This document shows, in pieces, positions 13,500-26,995 of a stretch of 64,000 nt of DNA (positions are counted from its first letter, which is position 1; every line of letters begins with the position of its first letter). The notes beneath the pieces are model-generated. The model was not told the DNA's origin and did not search any database. It saw only the letters and a list, made by a program, of their open reading frames with translations. The translations under genes and the position numbers were made by a program. The stretch lies in the NCBI RefSeq assembly GCF_009914755.1, contig NC_060926.1. One strand, given 5' to 3'. Origin of the DNA: the human T2T-CHM13v2.0 reference genome, Homo sapiens.

Positions 13500-14360
13500 T
13501 AAAAAATTAAACTATTTATTTTGTGAATTCACATACATTTGTAAGAAATAGTACAGATTTCCCATGTGTCTTTTACTCAGTTTCTCCAATGTTTACATCT
13601 TGCAAAACAATAGTACAATTGCACAAACATGATATTGACATTGATGTAGTTAGATCCAGAGCATTTGTATCACCACATGGTCCCTCATGTGCCTGTTTAT
13701 AGACACACCCATACTCACCATCCCTGACTCCTGGCAACCACTAATCCGTTCTTTATTTCTATAATTTTGTCATTTCAAGAATGCTATGTAAGTGGAATCA
13801 TTCAGTAAGCATCATTCTGAGTCTAGTGTCTTTCACTGAATGGACACTTTCTTGGTACTGATCTGGGTTGTAATTATCACAGAGATCAGCAGGGCTCAGG
13901 ATGGAGGGCCTTGTTTTATTTAGTGCATGAGTCATTTGAATTGCATTTGAATTGTTAAGATTTCTCCATGCTGTTACATGTATCAATAGTTTGTCCTTTT
14001 TAATTGCTGAGCAATTAACCATGGTAGAGCTGTACCATTGTTTAACCGTTTACCTGATGAAAGACATCTGTGTTTTTTTCCAGTTTGGGGCTACGATGAA
14101 TAAAACTATAGTGAACATATGTGTACACATTTTTGCATGAAATAAGTTTTTATTTAACTGGGATAAATGCCCAAGGGTGCAATTAGTGCATTGTATGATA
14201 GCTGCATGTTTAGTTTTGTAAGAAACTACCTGTTTTTAAACTGGTTGTACCATTTTGCATTCTCACTAGTAATGTACGAATGAGTCAGTTTCTCTGCATC
14301 TTTACAAGCATTTAGTGTTGTCATTACTTTTTTATTTCATCATTCTGATAGACGAATAAT
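13500..14360 (-). mobile_element. L1MC/L1MD-type 3' fragment carrying a foreign ~110-bp insert
   Basis: ttgtaagaaatagtacaga...ctggcaaccactaatccgttc...gttttgtaagaaactacc. Confidence 0.8.
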
Positions 14361-14742
14361 GTGCATCTCCTTTTTCAAATGTGAATTTTTTGATTTTATG
14401 AAAGCCACACAGAAGTCAAGTATTTGTAATGAAAATTTAGCATCCAAAATGAGATATGCCATAAGTGTAAAATATACATTGGGTTTTGAAGATGTACCAC
14501 AAAAAAATCTTCGTTTTTTTTTTATATGAATAACACATTGGAAGGATTATAAGATACATGGGCTTAAATAAAATATAACAATTAATTTCACCTGTTCCTT
14601 TTAACTTTTTTTTTTGATGTGACTACTAGAAAATGTAAGATGGTCTGGTAGATCACACTTTCTGTTGGACAGTGCTGGTCTAGGTTGTAATTATCACAGA
14701 GATCAGCAGGGCTCAGGATGGAGAGCCTTGTTTTATTTAGTG

Positions 14743-14959
14743 CATGGGTCAGCAAACATTCTGTGGAAGGCCAGCAGCTAGTAAATATTTTAGATTTTGG
14801 GGCCATAAAGTTTCTGTTGCAACTACTTAATTCTGCTGTTGTAGCACAAAATCAACTATAGATAATACAATATTTAAATGAATAAGCATGGCTGTGTTCC
14901 AAGAAAATTATTTACAAAAATAGACAGTGGGCCCAAGGTTCATAGTTTGCCAATCCCTG
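14743..14959 (+). mobile_element. MER58A (hAT-Charlie MITE)
   Basis: catgggtcagcaaac...gtaaatattttagattttggggcca...catagtttgccaatccctg with terminal inverted repeats. Confidence 0.85.
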
Positions 14960-16689
14960 GTAATGAATACAAACAAACACACAAGAAGACAGTTAGCTTT
15001 ATAAGAATGGCTCTATCAAATATGCTGCAGTCAAGAAACAAGAAAACACCATAGGTACTTTAACAAAAGAAATTTAATAGGGAATTGTTTATACAGAAGA
15101 TGGAAAAGCTGAGAAGCTGGGCAGAGGGTGGTAAACCATCTCTCAAATTAGCAACCACTGGAAGCTGCTACCATTCCTAGACTTGGAGGGACAATGAGAA
15201 GGAGCAGAGTTGTTTTCTGAGTTCATCTGGAGAGTCATGTTGGAGACTGTCAGTCAGGGTCTAGGACTGCAGAATGAATGGCTGTCCAGTGGCACCAGAC
15301 ACCGGGGGAGGTGTCTGGTAGCTTCCAGGGTTTCTCTTTGCTTCCACCACTCAGTCTTCTGTCAGTGCCCTGTAGCGGATAACCTGTATTAGGAAGGGAC
15401 TCTGGGAAATGTAGTTCCCTGCAATTCAAAGCAGAGCCTGGGAAGCATAGGGAAAGGATCTGAGAGCAATGCCATTTTAGTCAACAGATTAAAGCTAAAA
15501 TTAAAGGGAAGTAAGGAGCTTTGAGCTAGCCTGGTGGCCAAGAACAGAAGCATTTTGTGCAGATATCTCTTTCCTTTGCGTGGACTCTTTTTCAGTAGTT
15601 TTACTATTAAATCCCTCAGGGAAAATGGTTAGTTAAGAAAGAATAAGATAAAAGGCCCGAGGACAGGAGTCCTCAGATAGAGTTATCAGTCCTGTCAGTA
15701 AATCGTCAGGAGCATGGGAGATGTGATGGCAGTGATGAAATGCTAGCTGGCAGTTTGTAGTTGGAGGAATTGTGACATTTTTTCCCTGTGGGTATGAGCC
15801 ACCTACATAATAAGAGATTGGAAATAGGAAAACAGGATTTCACTTCAAATTCGACAAATGAACAAGACATTTCTCTTCATCCTTCTAGTTTTTTTTTTTT
15901 CCTTCTTCTTTTACTATCTGAAATAAGGTAAAATTTCAATTTTGCTTCAATCCACTCCTGAGTTCCAAGAACTGGGTTGGAAGATGTTACGGAAAAGGCC
16001 ATTGATTACACATTCTTATCTTTGAAATGACATCCATTTGTTGAAAAGTCCCTCCTTGGGTCCTCACTTTTACAGATGTCTTTAACACTCATTTATTTGC
16101 ATTTGTTTTATGAGAGAAACTCTTTTGCCTTTTCTGTTTCTCTGTAGGTAACATTCCTGGACGCGATCTGTCACCTCACTCTCTCCTCAGGAGAATGGGG
16201 GAGACTAAACTGATTGGTGGTGGATTTGGGAGAAGAAGCTTTGCATATGTGGCTTTCCAGGCTCTTTCTCAGAAAGTGTGAGCTGGAATTTGCTCTCTTT
16301 TGTGGGTTAGAGACCTGACTGCAGTGTAGCCATGCTTTTGTTCAGCCTGAGGCAGGGTGGGGTTTAGTATCATTAGCAAGGCTGCTTCGCTGAGGATAGT
16401 ACGTTTCTATCATAATCCGCATTACCAATTATAAAAGTCATACTGAAATCTCCCTGCAACTGATTTCTGGATTTTTTTCTATTGATTTCAAATTGAAGAG
16501 GAGAAACAGAGTGTGATATATTTCTTAGGTTCCTCAAAAACCTTCAAAATTAGCACCTTATTTCATTATAATAAGGCCTAGCAACATATATTAGCATACC
16601 TGTATTAAAAATTGATATTTAATACATAGCCCATGCCAGGTACTCTGATAAAAGTGTACACACACACACACACTCTTCCTGTTCTTCCC

Positions 16690-19600
16690 ACACATAGTCA
16701 ACTTAATATTCTGTTAGTTTTCTTCATCTCATCAAATAATACCTCTCTCTACTCAGCATTTCAGGCCAAATATATAATTATCATTGGCTCCTCATTTTTG
16801 CCTTGCTGACAATATCTTATCTGTATGCAAACCCTTTCAGCTTTAACTCCAAGATATATTCCATCTAATCACACATCAACATCAACACCACTATCCTTCT
16901 ATGCCAGAGGGGCCCACCACTGTCTCATTCCCGGAGTCCTGCAGCGGCCTCCTGTCTGAACTCATTCTTCCATTTTGCTTATCGTAAGTCATTGTCCATG
17001 CAGCAGCCACAAGGATGAAGTAGCCCATCCGTACCAGTCTTCTGCTCAGAAACTCTTCTGCTGAGAGTTCCCCGTTAGAGTTAAAGTCTACCCAGTCTTT
17101 TCATGAAGCTGGGAAGATCCAAATAACAGATGGCCCTGCCTCTCTCTTTTTTCTCACTATGCCTCCCTTCACACTGGCCTTTTTGCTTTTCCTTAAAAGC
17201 ATAAAATTGGTCTATATCTTAAGAGTTTTGTGTGTGCCACGATTTTGGCCCCAAATGCTCATTCCACAGATTTTGCCAGACGTTTTTCTCAACTGAAACA
17301 TAATCTCTTCAGAGGAACCTTCTCTGATCTTCCTATTTCAGTGCATTGTCCCAGCTCATAGGACATGGCTCTGTCCATCACTCTGTTTTATTTTCTTCCT
17401 ATTCACTGTTTGGAATCTTATGTGTGGATGTCGATTATTTAGGGTAGGCTGAGTCCTGGTAACAAATAGATCCCCAAATAGTATACTAATACCACTTCTG
17501 TGGAGTTTTTTTATTTGCACACACTCAAAGTTGGTTGGCAGACAGCTCTCTTCTGTGTGAGGATTCAGGGTCCCAGATGCTGTGCATCTTGTGGCTCTGC
17601 TATTCCCTAGAGTCTGAAGTCAACAGAAGGAGAAAATAAGTGTGTGGGAAGCATTCTCACTTCTTAAAATATTTAGCTCAGGACTGATACATATCACTTC
17701 TGTTCAGATTCTTTTGGTGATAACTCATCGCATGGCTTCATCTACTTGCAAGGAGATTGGGGGTAATAGGGAATAGAGTTCCTGACTGGCAGGTTGCACA
17801 CTACCAATTATAATATATTATTAAAGGAGAAAAATAGATTTAGTTAGATATCAGCCATCTCTGCCACATCTACTCCTCTGGACACAAATTTCTGTGCATA
17901 ATCTTTTTGTCACATAAAGAATACACTCAACCCCTTCCCAGGTGAGACAGATACTGCTTCCATCTCAAAGTCCAGAATCTCTGAGCAATGCTCAGTTCTT
18001 TCCATCAGGTCCACATGTTTTTTCTTGTATTCTGATCATTCAATTAAAAGATGAACTATCCTCCTTCTAGCGCTAATATAGAATGATAGAACAGGGATGG
18101 CAGATGTACATGGCAATTCCTATTCAGAGAAGGTAAGATTGAGAAACACACACACTCAGCAGTCCAGGGCCAGCGGTGGAGACTTTGGGACAGGGAATAT
18201 GAAGATTCTCTGCTTTTCCAGTGGAGAAAGTTCTTGTTTAGAACCTAGATCCCATTTTGGAGGAGTCCTCTTCTACATCGTTCCCTATAGTTCCTTGCTT
18301 TGCCCTCTCAGAAGATCTGTCTTGTCCACTTTCTTCCATGGCCACATCTGAAGTGAGTTTGGGAAGTATCTCTGCTTTAGCTGTGTAGTTTCTGCACATG
18401 GCTTCTTGCTCGTAAAACTTTGGGAAAAGGATTACCTTAAAAATTTGAGAGTCCATGGTTTTTTATAGTACTAGGCTCATGGCTTCTTTGGCAATAAATT
18501 TCCCTCAAAATGAACTAGCCTTTTGATCTTTTTGCTTCCATTCAATGTTGTGTGTCTATCTCCCTACCCCCAGGTATTTCTTATGTATCCTTCTTGAGTC
18601 TGCTTTGCTTCTTTGCTTCCTCAAACCCATGCTTCTCACCCTTAGCCTTATTAAGGCCACCTCCTGGCCATCTGAAACAATATATTTGCAACACTCATAC
18701 TCTTACTTTTGTTTTAGCCAAGTCTATTTGTTTAAATTGTAATTTTCTGATAAGGATTTGTCCTCCTTTTTCACTCTCGTGTCCTGATATTTAGGGTCAT
18801 TGATCATTTGTCCTTTTTATCTCGGCAGTTTCCTTAGTGTTTGTCAATTTTCCCCTGAGGTTTTCAGTTTTTCATAATACATTGGAAAAGGCAGCAGCCA
18901 TAATCCAACACATTCCAATCTGCAAAAGTCAAGCTTCTTGAGCTATGGGTTCAGTTTGGTGTTTGGTAAGCCTTTCCCATTATTGCAGGCAGCAGTGTTC
19001 ACAACTATTTTGTAACTGTATAATGTGGGTCTTTATATTTCTAGCCTGTGATATCTGTTCCATGCCATTCACTGCGTGGTTATTAAATTAATTCCACATA
19101 TTTTGGTTACATTAATGGTGGCACCAAAATCAAGCCCACACTTCTATATTTTTAAGTATAGTGCTAGCTGCTGTAACAAACAGACCTCATAATATAATGG
19201 CTAAGCCCACAGATGGCTCTTTCTCGCTTAGAGAGCAGTCTAGGGAAGGTCTTTCTGGTTGGCGTGTGTCTTTCCTCCAAGTAGTGATTTTGAGTCTCAA
19301 AAATCTTCCATATGGCAGCTCCTCTATTCCTTAGGACTTTATCATTGTCTGCATCCAGCTCAAAGAAGGAGAAAAAGAAGATCGAATTACATCCCACACC
19401 TGATTTCTTGAAACCTTTGCCCAGAAGGAACGCAAATTTTACTCACATTCTGTTGGCAAAAGTTGTCACATAGCCATATCTATATGCATGAGGAGCTGAA
19501 ACGAAAGGTAATCCTCACTGAAGAAGTGCTTCCCAGTAACAAACATGTGCTATGAAAGAGGAAATAAAGGTTTTGGTGGACTCAGCCACCTTTACCACAG

Positions 19601-19765
19601 TATGTGTGCAGGCATGTGCTGCCGTTTCTGTCTATCCTGATTAAAATGGATACTCTAGGAGCACAGGGACTTTTACACCAGTGTTTGTTCACTGGTATAT
19701 TCTCAGGGCACAGAACAGTGTGTTGCTGAGGGTAGGCACTTAATACATATTTGTAGAATGAATAA
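16690..19765 (+). mobile_element. L2 element split by a MaLR provirus (L2 at ~16690-17430 and ~19600-19765)
   Basis: L2-like body left of 17430; L2 3' end (agggcacagaacagtg...gtaggcacttaatacatatttgtagaatgaat) right of 19600. Confidence 0.6.
17431..19599 (-). mobile_element. MLT1 (J/K-like) MaLR provirus: LTR ~17431-17867, internal ~17868-19144, LTR ~19145-19599
   Basis: Both LTR blocks open with ..gtaacaaa(t/c)aga.. and close with cagcca(t/c)ct(c/t)t(g/a)ccaca; the internal part ends ccacatattttggtt...gcacc..., as MLT-int does in reverse; candidate TSD GGATG/GTATG. Confidence 0.7.
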
Positions 19766-20499
19766 CAATGAGATTAATAAGGGAGACACTGGGATTTATA
19801 GCCCTGACTCTGGCACTCATTGGCCTTGTAAACTCAAGATACTTGCTTCAATTTCTTCATCATCAGAGAGGAAAGTCATATTATCCACCTCATGAAGTAA
19901 GGACTAAATTAATTAATGTACATATATTGCTTATCATAGTTCCCTGCACATAATAAGCATTCAGTAAATGTTAGCTAATCTTGTTATTATTATTCCTATA
20001 TGTATATATCTACACATATGCTTCATATCATGAATTTTTAGGGTAATTAAATAGAGCTTCATTTCTAGAATCTAAATAGATTTCATTATTAAGATGGTTG
20101 TTTTTGGACCTAGTTAGGAGTTTGGTGTCAAAGCAATGCAGTCGTCTGGATTCATAAGCTTAGAGAATTGTCTTCCAACTTGAAGCAAACAGAAAGACTC
20201 AAGTATGAGCATATGGAACTTTATACACTGCATTGGTTAGACAGTCATGCTGATAAAATTATATAACAAATGGCAGGAATCCCTGTTACTGTTAAAACTG
20301 GGTGTGAAGAAAATTGCTTGTAGATAAAATTTCATAGGAAATATAAATTATTGACAGGCTTATCAACAATATCAGCTGCCTTAATAAAATATGTCACTTA
20401 AAGGGAAATTTCATTGTTGCTCCAGAATGTAGATATTACATTATCTTTGCCATACTATAGGCAACACATTTAGGAAATGAGAAAACATCTAAACTTTCA

Positions 20500-20785
20500 A
20501 TTATTTAGTAAATGTTTATTTAACACCACCATGTTCCAGTTACTGTGCGAGGCACTGGGGTTACAGGGATAAATTGGACAGAGATAGGTAATAGTCTAGA
20601 AGGTATATAAGCAAGTAAATGAGGCAATGCAATGCCAGGAAATAAGTGCCATCGTAAGAAAGAGCCCAGCATGCTGTGGACGCTCAAGGTGGGCAACCTA
20701 CCGCAGTGATGGGATGCTGGAGGTTTCCCAGAGGCAATCGTTTCTAAGCTCAACCTAAAAAATAGGTAGGAACTAGTCAGGTAAA
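20500..20785 (-). mobile_element. L2 3' fragment
   Basis: tttagtaaatgtttatttaacaccaccatgttccag...aggcactggggttacaggg. Confidence 0.6.
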
Positions 20786-21032
20786 TGATTCTTTGATTCT
20801 TTCTGATGACTTAGAATTGATATTTTGTTTGTTTTGTATTCAGTTGTTTTAGAAGATATGGAAAAATATATAGACGTACCTATAAATGTTTCATATCCCT
20901 CCAAGCAAAGAAAACCCCTGTTAATATTCTAGTTTATTTGATCTCTGTAAATTTTATAAAATTAAAATATATAAAATATGCATATACAATATTCACCTAT
21001 TTTGTTACTTAGATGTTATAAGCATTTTCTGA

Positions 21033-21341
<309 letters not shown>

Positions 21342-22581
21342 TAAGCATTGTTCTAATGGGTAAAAAATATCCCATTTTAGACATAGATCCCACCTTTACC
21401 CTATTGTTTTATATTTAGATTATTTCCATTTTTTCACATCTTAAAATTCAGTGGGAATTAATAGTCTATCTTAAAACATTCAAAGATATACAAACATACT
21501 TGTCATAATATAGCAAAGTCTGCATCTCCTGAGGATAATCTGAAAAATAACATTAAGGAAGAATTAATTCTCTTTGCCAACTATAACTGCAAAAGTAGAA
21601 TATCCCAATATGTATTACCTCTCTAGATCCAAGGGGTCCTTCAAGTTGCTGGTCAATATTGAGGTAGTTCATTGCGGGATTTCTCAGAGCTGTCAGGGTG
21701 TTAGGGTTCATTGTTTATCTACAAGAGAGGAGGTATATCATTATGCCGTGATTTCCTAAGTTACTTGATAATGGTACCCTGTTTTTATAGTGCACCTGAT
21801 AGCACTAGTGTTCCACGGAGCATAGCCTTGGAAATAATTAATTTATTATAACTCTGAGGAGCTGATTGCCTGTTGAACAATTATAGGAGCTAATAGGGAA
21901 GAGGTATGTCTTCATTCAACTTATATTGGTCATATATTTGTGATCTGTATAAGACTGTGCTACACTACATGGGGTACACGCTGTTATATGAGAAGCAGCT
22001 CCTGCCCACAAGGATTTTCTGGTGCATCAAATATATCAAGATAATCTATGTGTGGGTTTTGCATGTGTGGGTGCGTGCATGAGTGCATGAGTGTATGTAG
22101 AGAAGGTTGGGTAGTATAAACAGAAATACAAACATTGTTTACATCGTATACAGACAACAAGAGATACTCCAGGAAGGGACATGCATGATGCTTAGAGAAA
22201 GGAAAACTCACAGCTCACTGAAAGGCTTAGGAAAACATTTTTTAATATACAAATAGATTTAAAGATGGTTTCTTTGATGCTTTTCATTTTTAAGGATATG
22301 GAGTATGAGACTAAGTTTATCCAGAATATAGTCAGACATATTAGTAAGAAGTAAGAACGGTATGGCCCAGTAGGCACGAGTTTAGGCTGTGTGTCAGAAA
22401 GTTTTGAGTGTGAATATGAGCTTGAATTTCAGAAGCTGTGAGATCTTGAACAGACACTTTAACGTTGCCAGGTACCAGCTGCCCACAAGGAGAGGCTCAG
22501 TATGTTGGGAGGATTTAGTGATAATGTATTTTAAGCACTAACACTCAATAAAAGCTAGGCTGTAGTTCTTACAAAATGGTC

Positions 22582-22915
22582 TCTTACAGCAACTTGGATG
22601 GAACTGGAGGCCATTACTCCGAAGTTACTCAAGAATCAAAAACCAAGTGAGAGCCGCATGTTCTCACTTGGAAGTGGCAGCTAAGCTATGGGTACACAAA
22701 GGTATACAGAGTGGTATAATGGACACTGGAGACTCAGAAATGGGGAGGATGGAAAGGGATGAGGGATGAAAAACTACCTATTGGGTACAGTGTACACTAT
22801 TTGGGTGATGGGTGCGGTAAAATCCTAGACTTCACCACTATACAATTATCCATGTAATAAAAAATCACTTGTATCCCTAAAGCTATTGAAATAAAAGAAT
22901 TCAAAATAAATAAGT
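22582..22915 (+). mobile_element. L1 (L1PB/L1MA-like) 3' end in sense orientation
   Basis: gcaacttggatggaactggaggccatt...gacttcaccactatacaa...ctattgaaataaaa; flanked by ctagg(c/t)tgtagttctt at ~22555-22570 and 22931-22946. Confidence 0.85.
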
Positions 22916-23013
22916 AAATTTTTTAAACCACTAGGTTGTAGTTCTTGTCACTATTGTTATTGTATTAATAATTCATATTTATACACCCACCACCTTCATA
23001 ACATGAAAAACTA

Positions 23014-23421
<408 letters not shown>

Positions 23422-23559
23422 TCACACTTTGCCTCAGAGACAGTGTGACAGGGATGGAACCAGACTGTAATCTCCATGTGGACAAGCATATGAAAGTTTT
23501 GTTCATCGGTACATATCTAGGGACCAGCACAGTACCTAGCTCATAATAGGAGTTCATTT

Positions 23560-23716
23560 AATATATTCAAAAAGAAGCATAACAAAATGTATTTAACAAA
23601 ATAATAACAATAGCAAAATATATTCAAAAAGAAGCATAACAACATGTATTTGACAAATAATAACAGTAACAAAATATATTCAAAAAGAAGCATAACAAAA
23701 TGTATTTAACAAATAA
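23560..23716. repeat. Tandem repeat, 56-57-bp unit, ~2.8 copies
   Basis: aatatattcaaaaagaagcataacaa(a/c)atgtattt(a/g)acaaa starts at 23560, 23617 and 23673. Confidence 0.95.
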
Positions 23717-23789
23717 ATTTACCCATGTTGCCTCATCACATTCCCTTATCCATGTCTTAAATCACTGGCCAACCATGGCATGCTTTTCT

Positions 23790-24137
<348 letters not shown>

Positions 24138-25515
24138 TGAGGTCTCAACACAGCATTCCAAGAACACCCTACTAATAGAGTAAAGTTGGGACATGAAGTT
24201 AAAAAAAAAATGCCGTTTAGTGTTGATATTTGACCTCAGGTCTTGTCTGGTACATAGATGCTTCACTTTGACTTGCCTGTCTCTGCTTAAATGGCATTTC
24301 CTCAAAAACAGAGACCCTACCCTGTCTTAGTTATCTCTGTATATACTTGCAACCAGTACTGTACCAGACATATAACTGGTTCACATCTGGTGACTTAACC
24401 CATAACATTTTGTGCCTATCCCAGTTCTTCCCAAAAAAGGAACAGGCATCTCCAGCAGATGTTCACCAACAAAACGGGGATAGCTTATTCTCTCCCTCTC
24501 TCTCTCAGAATAGCCTCTTGACTACCTTAGAATGTGTTAGGACACTTAATAAACTTGGCTTTTTCACACAATTTAGTATAAAAGTTCTTGTAGGCAGGCC
24601 CTAGTTGGCTTCAAATCCTGATAATGATAAACCTGAGGTGCTCCTCTATCACATAACTGTATTTCTGAAAAATTGCTTGGAAGGTAGATTTTAGAAAGCA
24701 GATTATAGTTTAAATGTGCATTGGAGTCATTTAATCATTTATAATGCATAAAAGTATCATGTAATATGTTTAGTATCCTTTAATTTATCATTGTTAAAAT
24801 TCTGGTTTTCATGTCTAGTAAAATTAAGATTATGTGCCATCCTTGGGAATGAACCATACTGGATAGCTGGACTTTTCAAGGTTTTCAGATTATTTTCTTT
24901 ATGTATTTTTAATGGCCACTTCAAATGGAAATATCTCTAAAACATCTTTATGTTTATCTGCCTTATTAAACAGAGGATACTGGGCAGAATTTAATTTTTC
25001 CAATGATTCAAGTTCATTGTTATGTGGAATAGCTAATATGTGCTGAAATTAAATTACATCAGTTAGTTATTACTTGATAACAAGTACTCTAAAACTCAGT
25101 GGCCTAAAAATATTATTGTATATGTGTCTACATGCCAGCCAGGTGGTTCTGCTGATACTGGCTAGACCTAGCTGTTCTAGGCCGAACTTGCTCTGACATT
25201 TCTAGTCAGTTAAAGAGTCTTCTAGAAGCTGGCTTATCTAAGATGGTTGTAAGTGGTGTGACTCCTCTCTGCTCCAAGTGGTCCTTCATCTTCCAGCAGG
25301 CTAGCTCAGGCCGGTTCAGGTGGCAGTAGCAAGGTTCTAACACAGTGAGCAGAAGTGCACAAGTCTCTTGAATCCTCTCTTAGAACTGACAGTCACTTCC
25401 ATCACATCTTTTGGCCAAGGTAAGTAAAGAGATTGTCAGCCCAGTTTCAGGGGATGGAGAAGTAGACTCCACTTCCTGATGGAATTGTTGTAAAGTCATA
25501 TTGCAAAGAGAGTAG

Positions 25516-26365
<850 letters not shown>

Positions 26366-26369
26366 AAAT

Positions 26370-26995
26370 TTTCTTTTTATTTATTTTTAAATTTTTACTT
26401 TAGGTTTTGGGATACATGTCCTGAACATGCAGGTTTTTTACATAGGTATACATGGGCCGAAGTGGTTTGCTGCACTTATTAACCCGTCATCTAGGTTTTA
26501 AGCCCTGCATGCATTAGGTGTTTGTCCTAATGCTCTCCCTTCCCTTGCCCCCAACCCCACCAACAGGCCCCTGTGTGTGATGTTCCCCTCCTTGTGTGTC
26601 CATGTGTTCTCATTGTTCAACTCCCACTTATGAGTGAGAACATGCCGTGTTTGGTTTCTGTTCCTGTGTTCAGTGTTAGCTGAGGATAATGGTTTCCAGC
26701 TTCAACCATGTCCCTGCAAAAGATATGAACTCATTCTTTTTTATAGCTGCATAGTATTCCATGGTGTATATGTGCCACATTTTCTTTGTCCAGTCTATAA
26801 TTGATGGGCGTTTGGGTTGGTTTCAAGTCTTTGCTATTGTAAATAGTGCTGCAATAAACATACATGTGCATGTGTCTTTATAGTAAAATGATTTATAATC
26901 CTTTGGGTACATACCCAGTAATGGGATTACTGGGTCAAATTGTATTTGTGGTTCTAGATCCCTGAGGAACCGCCACACTGTCTTCCACAATGGTT
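26370..26995 (-). mobile_element. L1PA (L1PA8-like) 3' end
   Basis: ctaggttttaagccctgcatgcattagg 3' UTR motif through cacactgtcttccacaatggtt. Confidence 0.9.

Larger units (their letters stand above)
13176..14677. mobile_element. Charlie5/MER33-type hAT element interrupted by two L1 pieces
   Basis: Ends ctctgtcca...tagccactagctacatatggctactgagcatttgaaatgt and tttctgttggacagtgctg; flanks GTCTAGAG (13168-13175) and GTCTAGGT (14678-14685) fit the 8-bp Charlie target duplication. Confidence 0.75.

Noticed and set aside
15010-15480. Possible ancient LTR fragment
   Set aside because: LTR-like wording but I could not fix termini, TSD or family.
23560-23716. CRISPR-like array
   Set aside because: Head-to-tail tandem units without unique spacers, in mammalian DNA with no cas genes.
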